Below, one piece after another: positions 10,930-21,393 of a stretch of DNA of 64,000 nucleotides. The stretch is from positions 23,730 to 87,729 of the forward strand of contig JBBIUY010000005.1 in NCBI GenBank assembly GCA_037440005.1, given 5' to 3'. Both the position numbers and the translations under genes were made by a program. The DNA is from Armatimonadota bacterium. GTDB lineage: Bacteria > Sysuimicrobiota > Sysuimicrobiia > Sysuimicrobiales > Kaftiobacteriaceae. Numbering within the stretch: position 1 is the stretch's first letter; each line of letters begins with the position of its first letter. The notes below the pieces were generated by a model that worked only from the letters and a program-made list of their open reading frames with translations, was not told the origin of the DNA and did no database searches.

Positions 10930-11964
10930 GTGCCGTTTGCCGACCTGGTGGACCAGGACCACGCGGTGCTGCTGCTGCGGTCGGCGGCGCGCAGCGGCCG
11001 GGTCTCCCACGCCTACCTGTTCGCCGGCCCTGCAGGGGTCGGCCGGCGCTCGGCCGCCCTCGCCTTCGCCCAGCTGCTGAACTGCCACCGTCCCGACATG
11101 GACGCCTGCGGCCGCTGCGCCGCCTGCGAGGCCATCACCGCCGGGCGCCACCCCGACGTGCGGGTGGTGGACGTGGCCCGGGGGATGCTGCTGGACCCCG
11201 AGGACACCACCCGGACCGGGATCGGGATCCGGCAAATCCTGGCCCTGCGGCGGGAGGTGGTGTACCCGCCCTACCAGGGGCGGTGGAAGGTCTACGTCCT
11301 GGCCGACGCCGAGACCCTGACCCTGGAGGCCGCCAACAGCCTGCTGAAGGTGCTGGAAGAACCCCCGCCTCAGGTGGTGATCATCCTCATCGCCGAGTCC
11401 ACGGTGCCGCTGCCGCCCACGGTGGTCTCCCGCTGCCAGCTGGTGCGCTTCACCCTGCTCCCGCTGTCCGCCGTGGAGGAGGCCCTCCTCCGGCGGGGCG
11501 TGTCCCCGGACCACGCGCGCGTGGCGGCGGCCCTGTCGGGCGGGCAGCTGGGCCGGGCCCTGCAGTGGGCCACCTCCGAGGAGGCCCGGCAGCGGCGGGA
11601 GAGGATGCTGGACCTGCTGGAGCGGATGGAGCGCGCCGACCCGCTGGAGGTCCTGGACGCCGCCGACGAGCTCGCCCGGGAGAAGGAGGTCCTGGCGGAC
11701 CTGCTGGAAATCGCCCTGTTCTGGTACCGGGACCTGCTGGTGTGGCAGCAGACCCACAGCGACCAGCAGCTGGTGAACCGGGACCGGCGGGAGCGCATCG
11801 CCGCCCTGGCCGCCTCCGTCCCCGCCGCCGTCCTGGCCGCCCGGGCCGACGCCGTGCGGGACGCCCAGGACGCCCTGCGGCGCAACGTGCACCCCCGGCT
11901 GCTGCTGGAGACGTTGTTCATGCGGCTGGCGCGCCCGGCGGAGGAGGTCCGGCGGGGCACGTAA
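10930..11964 (+). CDS. holB: DNA polymerase III delta' subunit
   Basis: HAYLFAGP, C...CGRCAAC, HPDV, AANSLLKVLEEPP, SRC. Confidence 0.93.
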   Translation: MPFADLVDQDHAVLLLRSAARSGRVSHAYLFAGPAGVGRRSAALAFAQLLNCHRPDMDACGRCAACEAITAGRHPDVRVVDVARGMLLDPEDTTRTGIGIRQILALRREVVYPPYQGRWKVYVLADAETLTLEAANSLLKVLEEPPPQVVIILIAESTVPLPPTVVSRCQLVRFTLLPLSAVEEALLRRGVSPDHARVAAALSGGQLGRALQWATSEEARQRRERMLDLLERMERADPLEVLDAADELAREKEVLADLLEIALFWYRDLLVWQQTHSDQQLVNRDRRERIAALAASVPAAVLAARADAVRDAQDALRRNVHPRLLLETLFMRLARPAEEVRRGT

Positions 11965-12066
11965 GGCCGCCGCCGGAGGAAAACCCCCGCGGCGGCGCGA
12001 ACCTTCCCTCGACACCGCGTGGAATCGCATCTCCTGCTCGCATCCCGGGGACGGGGAGGGTCCGCC

Positions 12067-13314
12067 ATGACAGGACACACGCCGGGGAGGGTGAGGGCTG
12101 GGTGGGTGTGGGGCGCGGCCGCGGTTGCGCTCCTGCTGGCCGCGGGAGCGGTCGGGCCGGGCGCGGCGGCCCCGCGGCAGTCGGGGACGCTGGCCATCCT
12201 GCACTTCAGCGTCATCAAGGGCACCACCTGGTCGGGCGCCCACCACCGCGCCGGCCAGCGCATCGCCGAGAAGTACCCCAACATCAAGTACGTCTACCGC
12301 GAGGAGGTCGGCCCCGACCTGACCATCCCCTACGCCGAGGAACTCATCCGCCAGGGGGCCACCATCGTGGTCGGCAACGCCGAGTTCATGGGCCTGCCGC
12401 TCAAGGACATCGCCGACAAGCACCCGGACGTCTACTTCGCGTCGGTGGTGGCCAGCGACGTGACCACCAAGCGCAACTTCATCCGGTTCTTCCCGCGGCA
12501 GTACCAGGCCCTGTACCTGGAAGGGCTGATCGCCGGCGCCCTGACCCGCACGGGCAACATCGGCATCGTGTCGGCTTTCCCCAACGTGCAGGTGCTGCGC
12601 CGCCAGGCGGGGTTCTTCCTGGGCGTGCAGGACGCGGCCCGGGCCCTGAACAAGCGGGTCACCGTGTACATCAAGTACGTGGGCGACTGGTACAAACCCG
12701 CCGAGGAGCGCGAGGTGGCCACCACCCTGGTGACCCAGCAGCGGGTGGACGTCCTCACCCAGCAGACCGACTCGGGCTCGCCCCTGGACGTGGCCCAGGA
12801 GCGCAAGATCTGGTTCGTGGGCAAGGACATGGACGTGGTGGGGTTTTACGGGTGGTCCAGCACCGACACCGTGGCCGTGTCCTTCGACACCCGGTGGGAG
12901 GTCCTGTACGACCGGATGGTGCGCGACTGGCTGGCCGGCAACCGGACGCCCCGCACCCTGCTGTACCTGGGCCTGAAGGACACCATGACCCTGGCCGACG
13001 GGACGGTGGAGCCCGCCGTGGACATCATGAACAACAAGAAGGTGGGGGTGGACGCCATCAGCCCCAAGGCCCGCCCGCTCATCCCCGCGTCCATCCTGCG
13101 GCTGGTGGCCCAGCGCCGGGAGCAGATGATGAAGGGGGAGTGGGACCCGTTCTTCGAGCATGCCTTTGTGAGCAACGGCACCGGGCTGGCCCTGGCGGGG
13201 ACGCCGATTCCGCCCAAGGGCACGGTGGTCAAGAAGGCCCGGGAGATGCCGTCCGACGAATGGCTGCTGGGCAAGTTCAACTTCGACCTGGAGGGGATGG
13301 CCATCCTCAAGTGA
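12067..13314 (+). CDS. BMP-family ABC transporter substrate-binding protein
   Basis: Signal peptide; YLEGLIAGALTRTGNIG; heads an ABC operon. Confidence 0.85.
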   Translation: MTGHTPGRVRAGWVWGAAAVALLLAAGAVGPGAAAPRQSGTLAILHFSVIKGTTWSGAHHRAGQRIAEKYPNIKYVYREEVGPDLTIPYAEELIRQGATIVVGNAEFMGLPLKDIADKHPDVYFASVVASDVTTKRNFIRFFPRQYQALYLEGLIAGALTRTGNIGIVSAFPNVQVLRRQAGFFLGVQDAARALNKRVTVYIKYVGDWYKPAEEREVATTLVTQQRVDVLTQQTDSGSPLDVAQERKIWFVGKDMDVVGFYGWSSTDTVAVSFDTRWEVLYDRMVRDWLAGNRTPRTLLYLGLKDTMTLADGTVEPAVDIMNNKKVGVDAISPKARPLIPASILRLVAQRREQMMKGEWDPFFEHAFVSNGTGLALAGTPIPPKGTVVKKAREMPSDEWLLGKFNFDLEGMAILK

Positions 13315-13454
13315 CCGGCGGGCCGGCCCGCCCGGCGGCCGGTCCCGGCGGGAGACCTGGACGGGGAGGCTCCTCTATCCGCCCGGCATCCGGCGGGGAG
13401 GAGCCTTCCCGTGTCGGCCGGCGGGTCCCCCGCCCGGTGCGCTGACCCCGCCCC

Positions 13455-15011
13455 ATGAGCGACGACCGCGCTGTCCCCCTCGCCGACCCGGCGACCCCGC
13501 TGCTCCTGGCCCGGGGCATCACCAAGCGGTTTCCCGGCGTGCTGGCCCTCGACCGCGTGGACCTGGAGGTCCGGGCGGGCGAGGTGCACGCGATCCTGGG
13601 CCAGAACGGGGCCGGCAAGACCACCCTGATGAACATCCTGTTCGGCCTGCTGCGCCCCGACGAGGGTGTGCTGTACCTGCGCGGGCGGCGGGTGCAGTTC
13701 CGCTCCCCCCACGACGCCATCGCCGCGGGCATCGGCATGGTCCACCAGACCCGCCGGCTGGTGGCCGCCCACACGGTGCTGGAGAACATCATCCTGGGCC
13801 ATCCCCGGGCGCGGGGCCTGCTGCGGCTGCGCCGGCTGCGGCCGGAGGTGGAAGCCCTGTGCGCCCGGTACGGGGTCCGGGTGGACCTGGACGCCCGGGT
13901 GTGGCAGCTGCCCGAGGGCCAGCGCCAGTGGGTGGAGATCCTCAAAGCGCTGTACGGCGGCGCCCGGATTTTGATCCTGGACGAGCCCACCTCCGCCCTG
14001 ACCCCGCCGGAGGTGGCCGGGCTGCTGGCGGGCCTGCGGACCCTGGTGCAGGAGCAGGGGGTCACCGTCCTGCTGGTCACCCACAAGCTGCCCATCGTCA
14101 AGGCCAGCAGCCACCGGGTGACGATCCTGCGCGCGGGCCGCGTGGTGGCGCGCCTGGTCACCGCCGAGGCCACCGAGGACGTCCTGGTCCGGCACATGGT
14201 GGGCCGCGACGTCGCCTTCCGCCCGGCGGAAGACGTGACCGCCGGCCGCCCGCTGCTGCAGGTGAACGGGCTGTGGGCCTACAACGACAAGGGGCTGCCG
14301 TCGGTGCGGGGGATCACGTTCTCCCTGCGGGAGGGAGAGGTCCTGGGCGTGGCGGGGGTCACCGGAAACGGCCAGGAGGAGCTGGCCCAGGTCCTGGCCG
14401 GGCTGCGCCCGCCGGCGGCGGGGACGGTGGTGTTCGACGGCCAGGACATCACCCACCTGCCGGTGCTCCAGCGGTGGCAGCGGGGCATCGGCTACGTGCC
14501 GGCGGACCGGTCGGAGCTGGCGTCCATCGCCGCCTTCTCGCTGGTGGAGAACACCGCCCTGACCTATCACTTCGACCCCGCCTTCACCCCCCGCGGCCTG
14601 CTGGACGGGGCCGGCCTGGAGGGGCTCACCCAGCGCATCATGGCGGCGTTCGGCGTGGCCGCCCCCCACCCGTACGTCCGCGCCCGCCACCTGTCGGGGG
14701 GGAATCTGCAGAGGCTGGTCCTGGGGCGGGTGCTGTCCCGGGCCCCGCGGCTGCTGATCGCCCACCTGCCCACCCAGGGGCTGGACGTGGAGGCGACGGC
14801 GTTCGTGCGCGGCAAGATCCTGGAAGCACGGGCCCGGGGGGCGGCGGTGGTGCTGATCTCCGAGGACATGGACGAGATTCTGTCCTGCAGCGACTGGGTG
14901 GCGCCCATCTACGAAGGGCGGTTCGTGGCCATCCTGTCCCGCCGGGAGGCCGATCCGGAGACCGTGGGCGCCATGATGGCCGGCCTGGAGCGGGGGGTGC
15001 GGGTCCCGTGA
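13455..15011 (+). CDS. Nucleoside/sugar ABC ATP-binding protein (dual domain)
   Basis: GQNGAGKT, LDEPT, LSGGNLQR. Confidence 0.92.
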   Translation: MSDDRAVPLADPATPLLLARGITKRFPGVLALDRVDLEVRAGEVHAILGQNGAGKTTLMNILFGLLRPDEGVLYLRGRRVQFRSPHDAIAAGIGMVHQTRRLVAAHTVLENIILGHPRARGLLRLRRLRPEVEALCARYGVRVDLDARVWQLPEGQRQWVEILKALYGGARILILDEPTSALTPPEVAGLLAGLRTLVQEQGVTVLLVTHKLPIVKASSHRVTILRAGRVVARLVTAEATEDVLVRHMVGRDVAFRPAEDVTAGRPLLQVNGLWAYNDKGLPSVRGITFSLREGEVLGVAGVTGNGQEELAQVLAGLRPPAAGTVVFDGQDITHLPVLQRWQRGIGYVPADRSELASIAAFSLVENTALTYHFDPAFTPRGLLDGAGLEGLTQRIMAAFGVAAPHPYVRARHLSGGNLQRLVLGRVLSRAPRLLIAHLPTQGLDVEATAFVRGKILEARARGAAVVLISEDMDEILSCSDWVAPIYEGRFVAILSRREADPETVGAMMAGLERGVRVP

Positions 15012-16150
15012 TGGTGGGCCGCTACCAGATCACCCTCCAGGCCCGGCAGGCCCGTTCCGCCTCCTCCGCGGCGCTGGCGGCGCTGCTGGCCATCGTCCTG
15101 GCCCTGGCGCTGGCCAGCGTGCTGTTCGTCTCCTCCGGCAGCGGCGTTCTCGCGGGATACCGGGTGGTGTTTTCCTACGCGTTCTTCAATCCCCACGGGG
15201 CCGTGGCCACCCTGCACCGGGCGGTGTACCTGCTGCTGTGCACCTATGCGTTTTTGCTGCCCCTGCGGGCCGGCCTGTGGAACATCGGCCTGCCCGGGCA
15301 GGTGTACGCGGGGGCTCTGGCGGCGTTTGGGGTGCCCGCGGTCCTGGGGATGTCCCGGGAGGCCGCCCCGGGGTGGCCGCCGGGCGCGGTGATCGGGCTC
15401 ATGATCCTGGCGGCGGCCGCCGCCGGCGCGGCGGTGGGAAGCGTGGCCGGCGTGCTGCGGGCGCGCCTGCAGGTCAACGAGATCCTGGTCACCATGATGT
15501 TGAACTCGATCCTGTTCTGGCTGGTGTCGTTCATGATCAAAGAAGGCGGGCCGCTGATGGGCGCCACCGCCGAAGGGGAGAGCTTCACCCTCCCCCTCCT
15601 CCTGCGGGCGCCGCTGGCGGGCGGAATACCGGTCACCGCGGCCCTGGCGGCGGCGGGGGCGGTCCTGATCGACCCGCTGCTGGCCCGGACCGCCCTGGGC
15701 TACCGCATCCGGGCGTTCGGCGAAAATCCCCAGGCCGCCCGCTACGGGGGCATCAGCCCGCTGGCGCTGTCGCTGCTGGTCTTTGCCGCGGGCGGGGCCA
15801 CCGCGGGCCTGGCCGGGTACCACACCTTCGCCGCCATCCCCGGCGTCTACAAGATCCCCGGCAACTACGGGTTTTACGGCGACCTCAGCTTCTACGGCCT
15901 GATCACCGCGCTGATCGCCCGGGGGTCGGCCCTGGCGGCCGTGCCCATCGCCGTCCTCCTGTCGGGGCTGTCCCTGGGGGCGAGGTTCGCCCAGGGGATG
16001 CTGCGCCTGCCCTTCGGCGTCGACTACGCGCTGCTGGGGCTGCTGATGATGACGTTCGTGGCCTCCCACATCCTGGACCGGTTCCGGGTGGTCTGGCGGC
16101 GGACTCCCGCCGGGGTCCTGCAGCCGGCCCCCGGGGACAGCCGGGGGTGA
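15011..16150 (+). CDS. ABC permease (BPD_transp_2)
   Basis: GLWNIGLPGQ, VNEILVTMMLN, GENPQAARYGG. Confidence 0.9.
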   Translation: MVGRYQITLQARQARSASSAALAALLAIVLALALASVLFVSSGSGVLAGYRVVFSYAFFNPHGAVATLHRAVYLLLCTYAFLLPLRAGLWNIGLPGQVYAGALAAFGVPAVLGMSREAAPGWPPGAVIGLMILAAAAAGAAVGSVAGVLRARLQVNEILVTMMLNSILFWLVSFMIKEGGPLMGATAEGESFTLPLLLRAPLAGGIPVTAALAAAGAVLIDPLLARTALGYRIRAFGENPQAARYGGISPLALSLLVFAAGGATAGLAGYHTFAAIPGVYKIPGNYGFYGDLSFYGLITALIARGSALAAVPIAVLLSGLSLGARFAQGMLRLPFGVDYALLGLLMMTFVASHILDRFRVVWRRTPAGVLQPAPGDSRG

Positions 16151-17031
16151 GCGCCGTGTGGGAACTGCTGGCCCGCAGCCTGGAGGCCAGCACCGTCTTC
16201 CTGTTCGCGGCGCTGGGGGAGCTGGTCAGCCAGCGGGCCGGCACCCTCAACGTGGGGTTGGAGGGGCTGATGCTGTTCGGGGGGACCGTCGCCTTTATCG
16301 CTGCCCGGCTGACCGCCAGCTACCCGGCAGGTCTGGCGGCCGCCCTGGCGGTGGGGGCGGTGCTGGGGGCCTCGCACGGCTTTTTCTCCATCACCCTGCG
16401 GGGCGACCAGGTGGTCAGCGGGATGGGGCTGTGGATCCTCAGCTTCGGGCTGACCACCTACCTGGGCAGCCCCTACACCGGCCCGCTGGGGCTGCCGCGG
16501 ATGGCCACCCTGTTCGGCCTGTCGCCGTTCGTGTACGCCGGGGTGGCGCTGGTGGTGGTGAGCGCGGTGGTCCTGTTCCGGACCGGTGCGGGGCTGGCCA
16601 TCCGGTCGGTGGGCGAAAACCCGCTGGCGGCCGAAGCGTCGGGGATTCCCGTGGCCGCCACCCGCTACCTGTGCGTGATCTGGGGCGGGCTGCTGGCCGC
16701 CCTGGCGGGCGCCGTCTACACGCTGTCGTACAACCCCGTGTGGACGTACAACTTTCTGATGGGGTGGGGGTTTGTCAGCCTGGCGCTGGTGTTCTTCTCC
16801 ATGTGGAACCCGTGGATCTTGCTGGCCGGCGCCTCGCTGTTTGGCCTCATGTGGCAGCTGTCCCTCAGCCCCGAGCTGGTCCTGCCCGGCGTGCTGTCCC
16901 GGTACGTGTGGCGGACGGTCCCCTTCGCGGTGACCATCCCGATCCTGGTGGTCATCTCCACGCCCTGGTTCCGCAGCCGCTGGGGGCTGGCCCGGCCGGA
17001 GGCCCTGGGCCGCCCCTACCCGGCCGACTGA
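16147..17031 (+). CDS. ABC permease (BPD_transp_2)
   Basis: ALGELVSQRAGTLNVGLEG, PEALGRPY. Confidence 0.9.
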   Translation: MSAVWELLARSLEASTVFLFAALGELVSQRAGTLNVGLEGLMLFGGTVAFIAARLTASYPAGLAAALAVGAVLGASHGFFSITLRGDQVVSGMGLWILSFGLTTYLGSPYTGPLGLPRMATLFGLSPFVYAGVALVVVSAVVLFRTGAGLAIRSVGENPLAAEASGIPVAATRYLCVIWGGLLAALAGAVYTLSYNPVWTYNFLMGWGFVSLALVFFSMWNPWILLAGASLFGLMWQLSLSPELVLPGVLSRYVWRTVPFAVTIPILVVISTPWFRSRWGLARPEALGRPYPAD

Positions 17032-17043
17032 CCCGGGCCGGGC

Positions 17044-17901
17044 CTACCCGCCCGCTTGGGCGGCGCGCCGTAGGGCCTTCAGCACCTGCAGGTTGCGCCG
17101 GTCGGGTCCCCGGCGGTCGAACCCCGGCGTCTCGATGATGCCGGCCAGCCGCTGCAGGCGCGGGTGGGCGACAAGCGCCGCGAACCCCCGCCGGCCGATG
17201 CGGCCCTGGCCGATGTTCTCGTGGCGGTCCAGGTGCGATCCCAGGCCGCCCCGGGAGTCGTTGAGGTGCAGCAGCTGCAGGTGGCGCAGCCCCACCGTGC
17301 GGTCGAACGCCCGCAGGGCGGCCTGCACCCCCTGCGGGGTGCGCAGATCCCACCCGGCGGCGAACAGGTGGCAGGTGTCCAGGCAGACGCCCACCCGCGG
17401 GTGGTGGTCTAAAGCCTCCAGGATGTCCGCCAGCTCCTCGAACGTCCCGCCCACCTGGCCGCCGGCGCCAGCGCTGTGCTCCAGCAGCACCCGGGCGGTC
17501 GCCGTCGCCTCCAGCGCCACCCCGATCGCCGCCACCACCCGGTCCCGGGCGTCCGCCCAGGGCCGGCTGCCCCGGCTGCCCAAGTGGGTGACCACTCCCA
17601 TTCCCTGCAGGCGGTCCATCAGGTGCAGCGACGAGATCAGGCTGGCGGTGGACCGCCGGTAGATTTCCGGATCGGCGGACGCCAGGTTGACCAGGTAGGC
17701 GGCGTGGGCCACCAGCGGGTCCAGTCCCGCCCGGCGCCGCTTGACCACGAACAGGTCCAGGTCCCGGTCGGAGTAGCGCACCTCCCGCCACTGGCGCGGG
17801 CTGCCGGTGAAGATCTGCAGGCACTCGCAGCCGATGGCGACGGCGCGGTCCACCGCCAGGTGGAGCGCGCCCCGGATGCTGACGTGAGCGCCGAACGTCA
17901 C
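17044..17901 (-). CDS. nfo: Endonuclease IV
   Basis: GAHVS, HAAYLVNLAS, CLDTCHLFAAG, HLNDS, DRHENIG, IETP. Confidence 0.93.
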   Translation of the reverse strand: MTFGAHVSIRGALHLAVDRAVAIGCECLQIFTGSPRQWREVRYSDRDLDLFVVKRRRAGLDPLVAHAAYLVNLASADPEIYRRSTASLISSLHLMDRLQGMGVVTHLGSRGSRPWADARDRVVAAIGVALEATATARVLLEHSAGAGGQVGGTFEELADILEALDHHPRVGVCLDTCHLFAAGWDLRTPQGVQAALRAFDRTVGLRHLQLLHLNDSRGGLGSHLDRHENIGQGRIGRRGFAALVAHPRLQRLAGIIETPGFDRRGPDRRNLQVLKALRRAAQAGG

Positions 17902-18016
17902 GCGGAGGGTGTGGATTCGCCCCTGGGCCTCCGGGCCCCTGGCCGGGCCGGCGGCATGAGTTCGCCCCGGGGGCTGCGAATCACCCTCTCACACCACTGC
18001 GGCGAGGGAGGCCTGT

Positions 18017-19192
18017 ATGGGTACCGAGTGGGGCTTTACGACCCGCGCCATCCACGGCGGGGCCATCCCCGACACCCACCGGGCGGTGGCGCCGCCCATC
18101 TACCAGACCGCCACCTTCTGGTACGAGACGGCCGCCGAGGGCGCCCGACTGGGTCAGGAGATCCCTCCGGGATACGTGTACACCCGGTGGGGCAACCCCA
18201 CCACCCGCGCTCTGGAGGAGAAGGTGGCGCTGCTGGAAGGCGGGGAGGACGCCCTGGCCACGGCGTCGGGGATGGGGGCGATCAGCGCCACCCTGCTGGC
18301 CGCCCTGCGGCCGGGCGACCACGCGGTGGCGCCGGCAGCCATCTACCAGGCGTCCTACCAGCTGTTCAGCGAGGTCCTGCCCGCTCTGGGCATCCAGACC
18401 ACGCTGATCGGCGACACGTCGGTGGAGGCCTACGAGCGCGCCCTGCGGCCGACCACCCGCCTGATCTACATCGAGACCCCCTCCAACCCGATGCTGGGCA
18501 TCACCGACATCGCCGCCGTGGCGGCCCTGGGCCGCGCCCGCGGCGCCCTCACGGTCGCCGACAACACCTGGGCCACCCCGTACAACCAGACGCCGTTGAG
18601 CCTGGGGGTGGACGTGGTGGTCCACAGCGCCACCAAGTACCTGGGCGGCCACCACGACGTCACCGCCGGGGTCATCGTGGGCAGCCGGGAGTTCATCGGC
18701 CGCGCCAAGCGGTGGGTCCGGCTGCTGGGAGCCACCCCGGACCCGTTCGGCTCGTGGCTGGTGATCCGGGGCCTGGCGACCCTGGCCCTGCGGGTGGAAC
18801 GGCAGAACCGCACCGCCCAGGCGCTGGCCGAATTCCTGGCCGCCCACCCGGCCGTGGACCGGGTCTACTATCCCGGCCTGCCGGACCACCCGGGGCATGA
18901 GGTCGCCCGGCGCCAGATGCGGGGTTTTGGGGGCATGCTCAGCGTCGAGGTCGCCGGCGGGTACGAGGCCAGCGTGCGGGTCTTCGAGGCGCTGCGGGTG
19001 TGCACCCGGGCGACCAGCCTGGGCGGGGTGAGCACCCTGGTGTCCCATCCGGCCGCCATCAGCAGCGTCCACATGCCGGCCCACGTCCGGGAGGCCGCCG
19101 GCATCGCCCCGGGGTTGATCCGGATCAGCGTGGGCATCGAAGACCCCGACGACCTGCTGGAGGACTTCCGCCAGGCGCTGGGGCGGATCTGA
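18017..19192 (+). CDS. PLP-dependent Cys/Met metabolism enzyme (methionine gamma-lyase/cystathionine synthase family)
   Basis: YTRWGNPT, ASGMGAI, ETPSNP, DNT, HSATKYLGGH, SLGG. Confidence 0.9.
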   Translation: MGTEWGFTTRAIHGGAIPDTHRAVAPPIYQTATFWYETAAEGARLGQEIPPGYVYTRWGNPTTRALEEKVALLEGGEDALATASGMGAISATLLAALRPGDHAVAPAAIYQASYQLFSEVLPALGIQTTLIGDTSVEAYERALRPTTRLIYIETPSNPMLGITDIAAVAALGRARGALTVADNTWATPYNQTPLSLGVDVVVHSATKYLGGHHDVTAGVIVGSREFIGRAKRWVRLLGATPDPFGSWLVIRGLATLALRVERQNRTAQALAEFLAAHPAVDRVYYPGLPDHPGHEVARRQMRGFGGMLSVEVAGGYEASVRVFEALRVCTRATSLGGVSTLVSHPAAISSVHMPAHVREAAGIAPGLIRISVGIEDPDDLLEDFRQALGRI

Positions 19193-19590
19193 TGCGGGTC
19201 TCCCTCCACCCGGAGAGGTTCGTGCAGGTCCGGGTGGCCGCCCGCCTCCGGCCCAGCCTGCAGCGCGCCCTGGCCGGCGTCCACGGGCCGTTTGTCACCA
19301 CCCGGGAGGGCGAGGAGTTCGTGGTGACGCTGCAGGAGGCGGAGTGGGCCCGCCTGGCCCCCCGGTTCGCCTCGGCCCGGGTGGAAAGAGGTCTGCGGGT
19401 GATCTCCGTCGAGGCGTCCGGCGGCGACCCGGCCCTGGCCCGCCGGCTGGCGGAGGTCGCCGCCCGGGCCGGCATCGCCGCCCGCCCGCTGCCGGCGTTC
19501 CACCGGGACTACCTGGTGGTCTCCGACCAGGACGCGGCGCGCTGCCTGGAGGTGCTCCGGCGGGCGCTGGAGGAGGCGGCGGGGAGCTGA
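19192..19590 (+). CDS. ACT-domain (CASTOR-like) protein
   Basis: Coupled to the upstream gene; AGI..PAFHRDYLVV motif. Confidence 0.6.
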   Translation: MRVSLHPERFVQVRVAARLRPSLQRALAGVHGPFVTTREGEEFVVTLQEAEWARLAPRFASARVERGLRVISVEASGGDPALARRLAEVAARAGIAARPLPAFHRDYLVVSDQDAARCLEVLRRALEEAAGS

Positions 19591-19602
19591 CGGTCCGCCC
19601 GG

Positions 19603-20337
19603 TCAGCCGTCCTGCGACCAGGAGTCCACCAGGGAGGCCACCTCCGCCAGGCTGCCGGCCACGGCGTCGGGAGCCGGAACGGGCGGTTCCGCCGCCGGGG
19701 CGGTCCGCAGCAGGATGGCGCGCATGCCCAGCCCCCGGGCTCCGGCCACGTCGGCGTCGGGCGTGTCTCCCACCATCACCACCTTTCGGGCCGGGAGCCC
19801 CCACGCTCTCAGGACCGCCTCAAACGGCCGCGGGTCGGGTTTGGCCCACCCCACCTGGGCGGAGGAGACGATGGGATCCAGGTAGCGGGCCAGATGCAGC
19901 CGCCGGCAGCACTCCACCACGAACAGGTGGGAGGAGGCGTTGGAGACCAGGCCCACCCGCAGGCCCCGCCGGCGCAGCCGGTCCAGGACCTCCACCGCCC
20001 CGGGCATGGGCGTCATCCGCGCCAGCTCGGGCTCAAAGAACGCCGCCTCCGCCCGGGCCACGTGAGCGGGATCGGCCGGCAGGCCGTACCGGGCCAGCAC
20101 CTCCGCCAGGACCTCGGCGGCGGTGACCTCCTGAGTCCCCCGGCGGGACGCGAAGGCGGCCTGGCGCGCGGCCACCAGGGCGTCCACGAAGTCGGCGGGC
20201 ACGGTGTGGCCCTGGCCCACCAGCCACGCCCGCAGCGCGGCGGCGTTGGCGCGGTCCAGCTGGTCGGCCGGCATCGCCTCGCCGACCGCCAGGGTCCCGC
20301 CCAGGTCGAAGATCACCCCGCAGACCACCTCCCCCAT
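19603..20337 (-). CDS. HAD-family hydrolase
   Basis: IFDLGGTL, VSNA, KPDP, MVGDTPDADVAGA. Confidence 0.88.
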   Translation of the reverse strand: MGEVVCGVIFDLGGTLAVGEAMPADQLDRANAAALRAWLVGQGHTVPADFVDALVAARQAAFASRRGTQEVTAAEVLAEVLARYGLPADPAHVARAEAAFFEPELARMTPMPGAVEVLDRLRRRGLRVGLVSNASSHLFVVECCRRLHLARYLDPIVSSAQVGWAKPDPRPFEAVLRAWGLPARKVVMVGDTPDADVAGARGLGMRAILLRTAPAAEPPVPAPDAVAGSLAEVASLVDSWSQDG

Positions 20338-20382
20338 CTATAGCCCGCGCCGGCCCCTCCGTCCACCGCGGCGGCACCCGTC

Positions 20383-20442
20383 TTGACGGGCCCGGGTCCG
20401 GGGCATAGGATTGTCACAGTGTGTCCTACTATTGGTAGGACA
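20383..20442 (+). promoter_or_regulatory. sigma70 promoter plus palindromic GntR operator
   Basis: TTGACG-17-TAGGAT (20383-20411); TGTCCTAC-N5-GTAGGACA (20422-20442). Confidence 0.7.
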
Positions 20443-21393
20443 ATTCAGCCCCCGCCCCTGCAGGTGCGCCGGGACGGCCCGCTGCCCATCGCCGCGCAGC
20501 TGGCCGAGCAGCTGGTGGCCCAGATCCGCTCGGGCCGGCTGGCCGCCGGCCAGCGGCTGCCGCCGGTCCGGGTCCTGGCGGGCTTTCTGCGGGTGAACCG
20601 CAACACCGTCGCCAAGGTGTACGGGGCCCTGGAGCGGGCCGGCTACTTGGTCACCGCGCCGGGGCGGGGGACGTTCGTCACCGCGGCGGCGGCGCCCGAC
20701 GCCGCGCCCCTGGCTTCCCTGGTGGACCGGTTGCTGGACGAGGCGGCCGTCCGGGGGATGGACGAGACGGCCCTGGGGGCTGTGATCGCCGAGCGGGCGG
20801 CGCTGCGCCGCCACGCCCCGCGCCCGCGGATCGCCTTCGTGGAGTGCAACCCCACCGACCTCGCCTACTTCGGCCGCCAGCTGGCCGAGCGGTTGCGCCG
20901 GCCCCTGGCCCTGCTGACCCTGGCCGACCTGCCGGCGGCGGCGGCGTCGGCGGACCTGGTGGCCACCACCATGTTCCACGTGGAGGACGTCCGTCGCCTG
21001 CTGCCCCGCCACGAGGTGGTGGGGCTGCTGGCGATGCCGGAGATGGCCGCCCTGGAGGCGGTGGCCGCGATTCCCGCCGGGGCCGCGGTGGCCCTGGTCT
21101 GCGCCACCGAGGAGGGGGTGCGCAGCAAGGAGCGATCCATCCGCGCGGTGGGGATCCACCGGATGCGGCTGCGGACGGCCACCTTGCAGCAGCCGGGACG
21201 CCTGGACCGGGTCCTGCGGGGGGCCGACGTGGTGGTGGCGTCGCCCAAGGTGCTGGAGAGGCTGCACGGCCGCATCCCGACCCGCGCCCGAGTGATCCCG
21301 TTCGGCAGCGTGCTCAGCGACGGCGCCCTGGCGCTGCTGGAGGAGCGCATCCGCGCCTGGCGGCCGCGGCGGGTGCGGGAGGCGCGGTCGTGA
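20419..21393 (+). CDS. GntR-family regulator with extended C-terminal domain
   Basis: wHTH (RLPPVRVLA..VNRNTVAKVY..GRGTFV); probably leaderless GTG start. Confidence 0.8.
   Translation: MCPTIGRTIQPPPLQVRRDGPLPIAAQLAEQLVAQIRSGRLAAGQRLPPVRVLAGFLRVNRNTVAKVYGALERAGYLVTAPGRGTFVTAAAAPDAAPLASLVDRLLDEAAVRGMDETALGAVIAERAALRRHAPRPRIAFVECNPTDLAYFGRQLAERLRRPLALLTLADLPAAAASADLVATTMFHVEDVRRLLPRHEVVGLLAMPEMAALEAVAAIPAGAAVALVCATEEGVRSKERSIRAVGIHRMRLRTATLQQPGRLDRVLRGADVVVASPKVLERLHGRIPTRARVIPFGSVLSDGALALLEERIRAWRPRRVREARS

Noticed and set aside
17902..18016. SAM riboswitch before the Cys/Met PLP enzyme
   Set aside because: No SAM-I core motifs, and the region is short.
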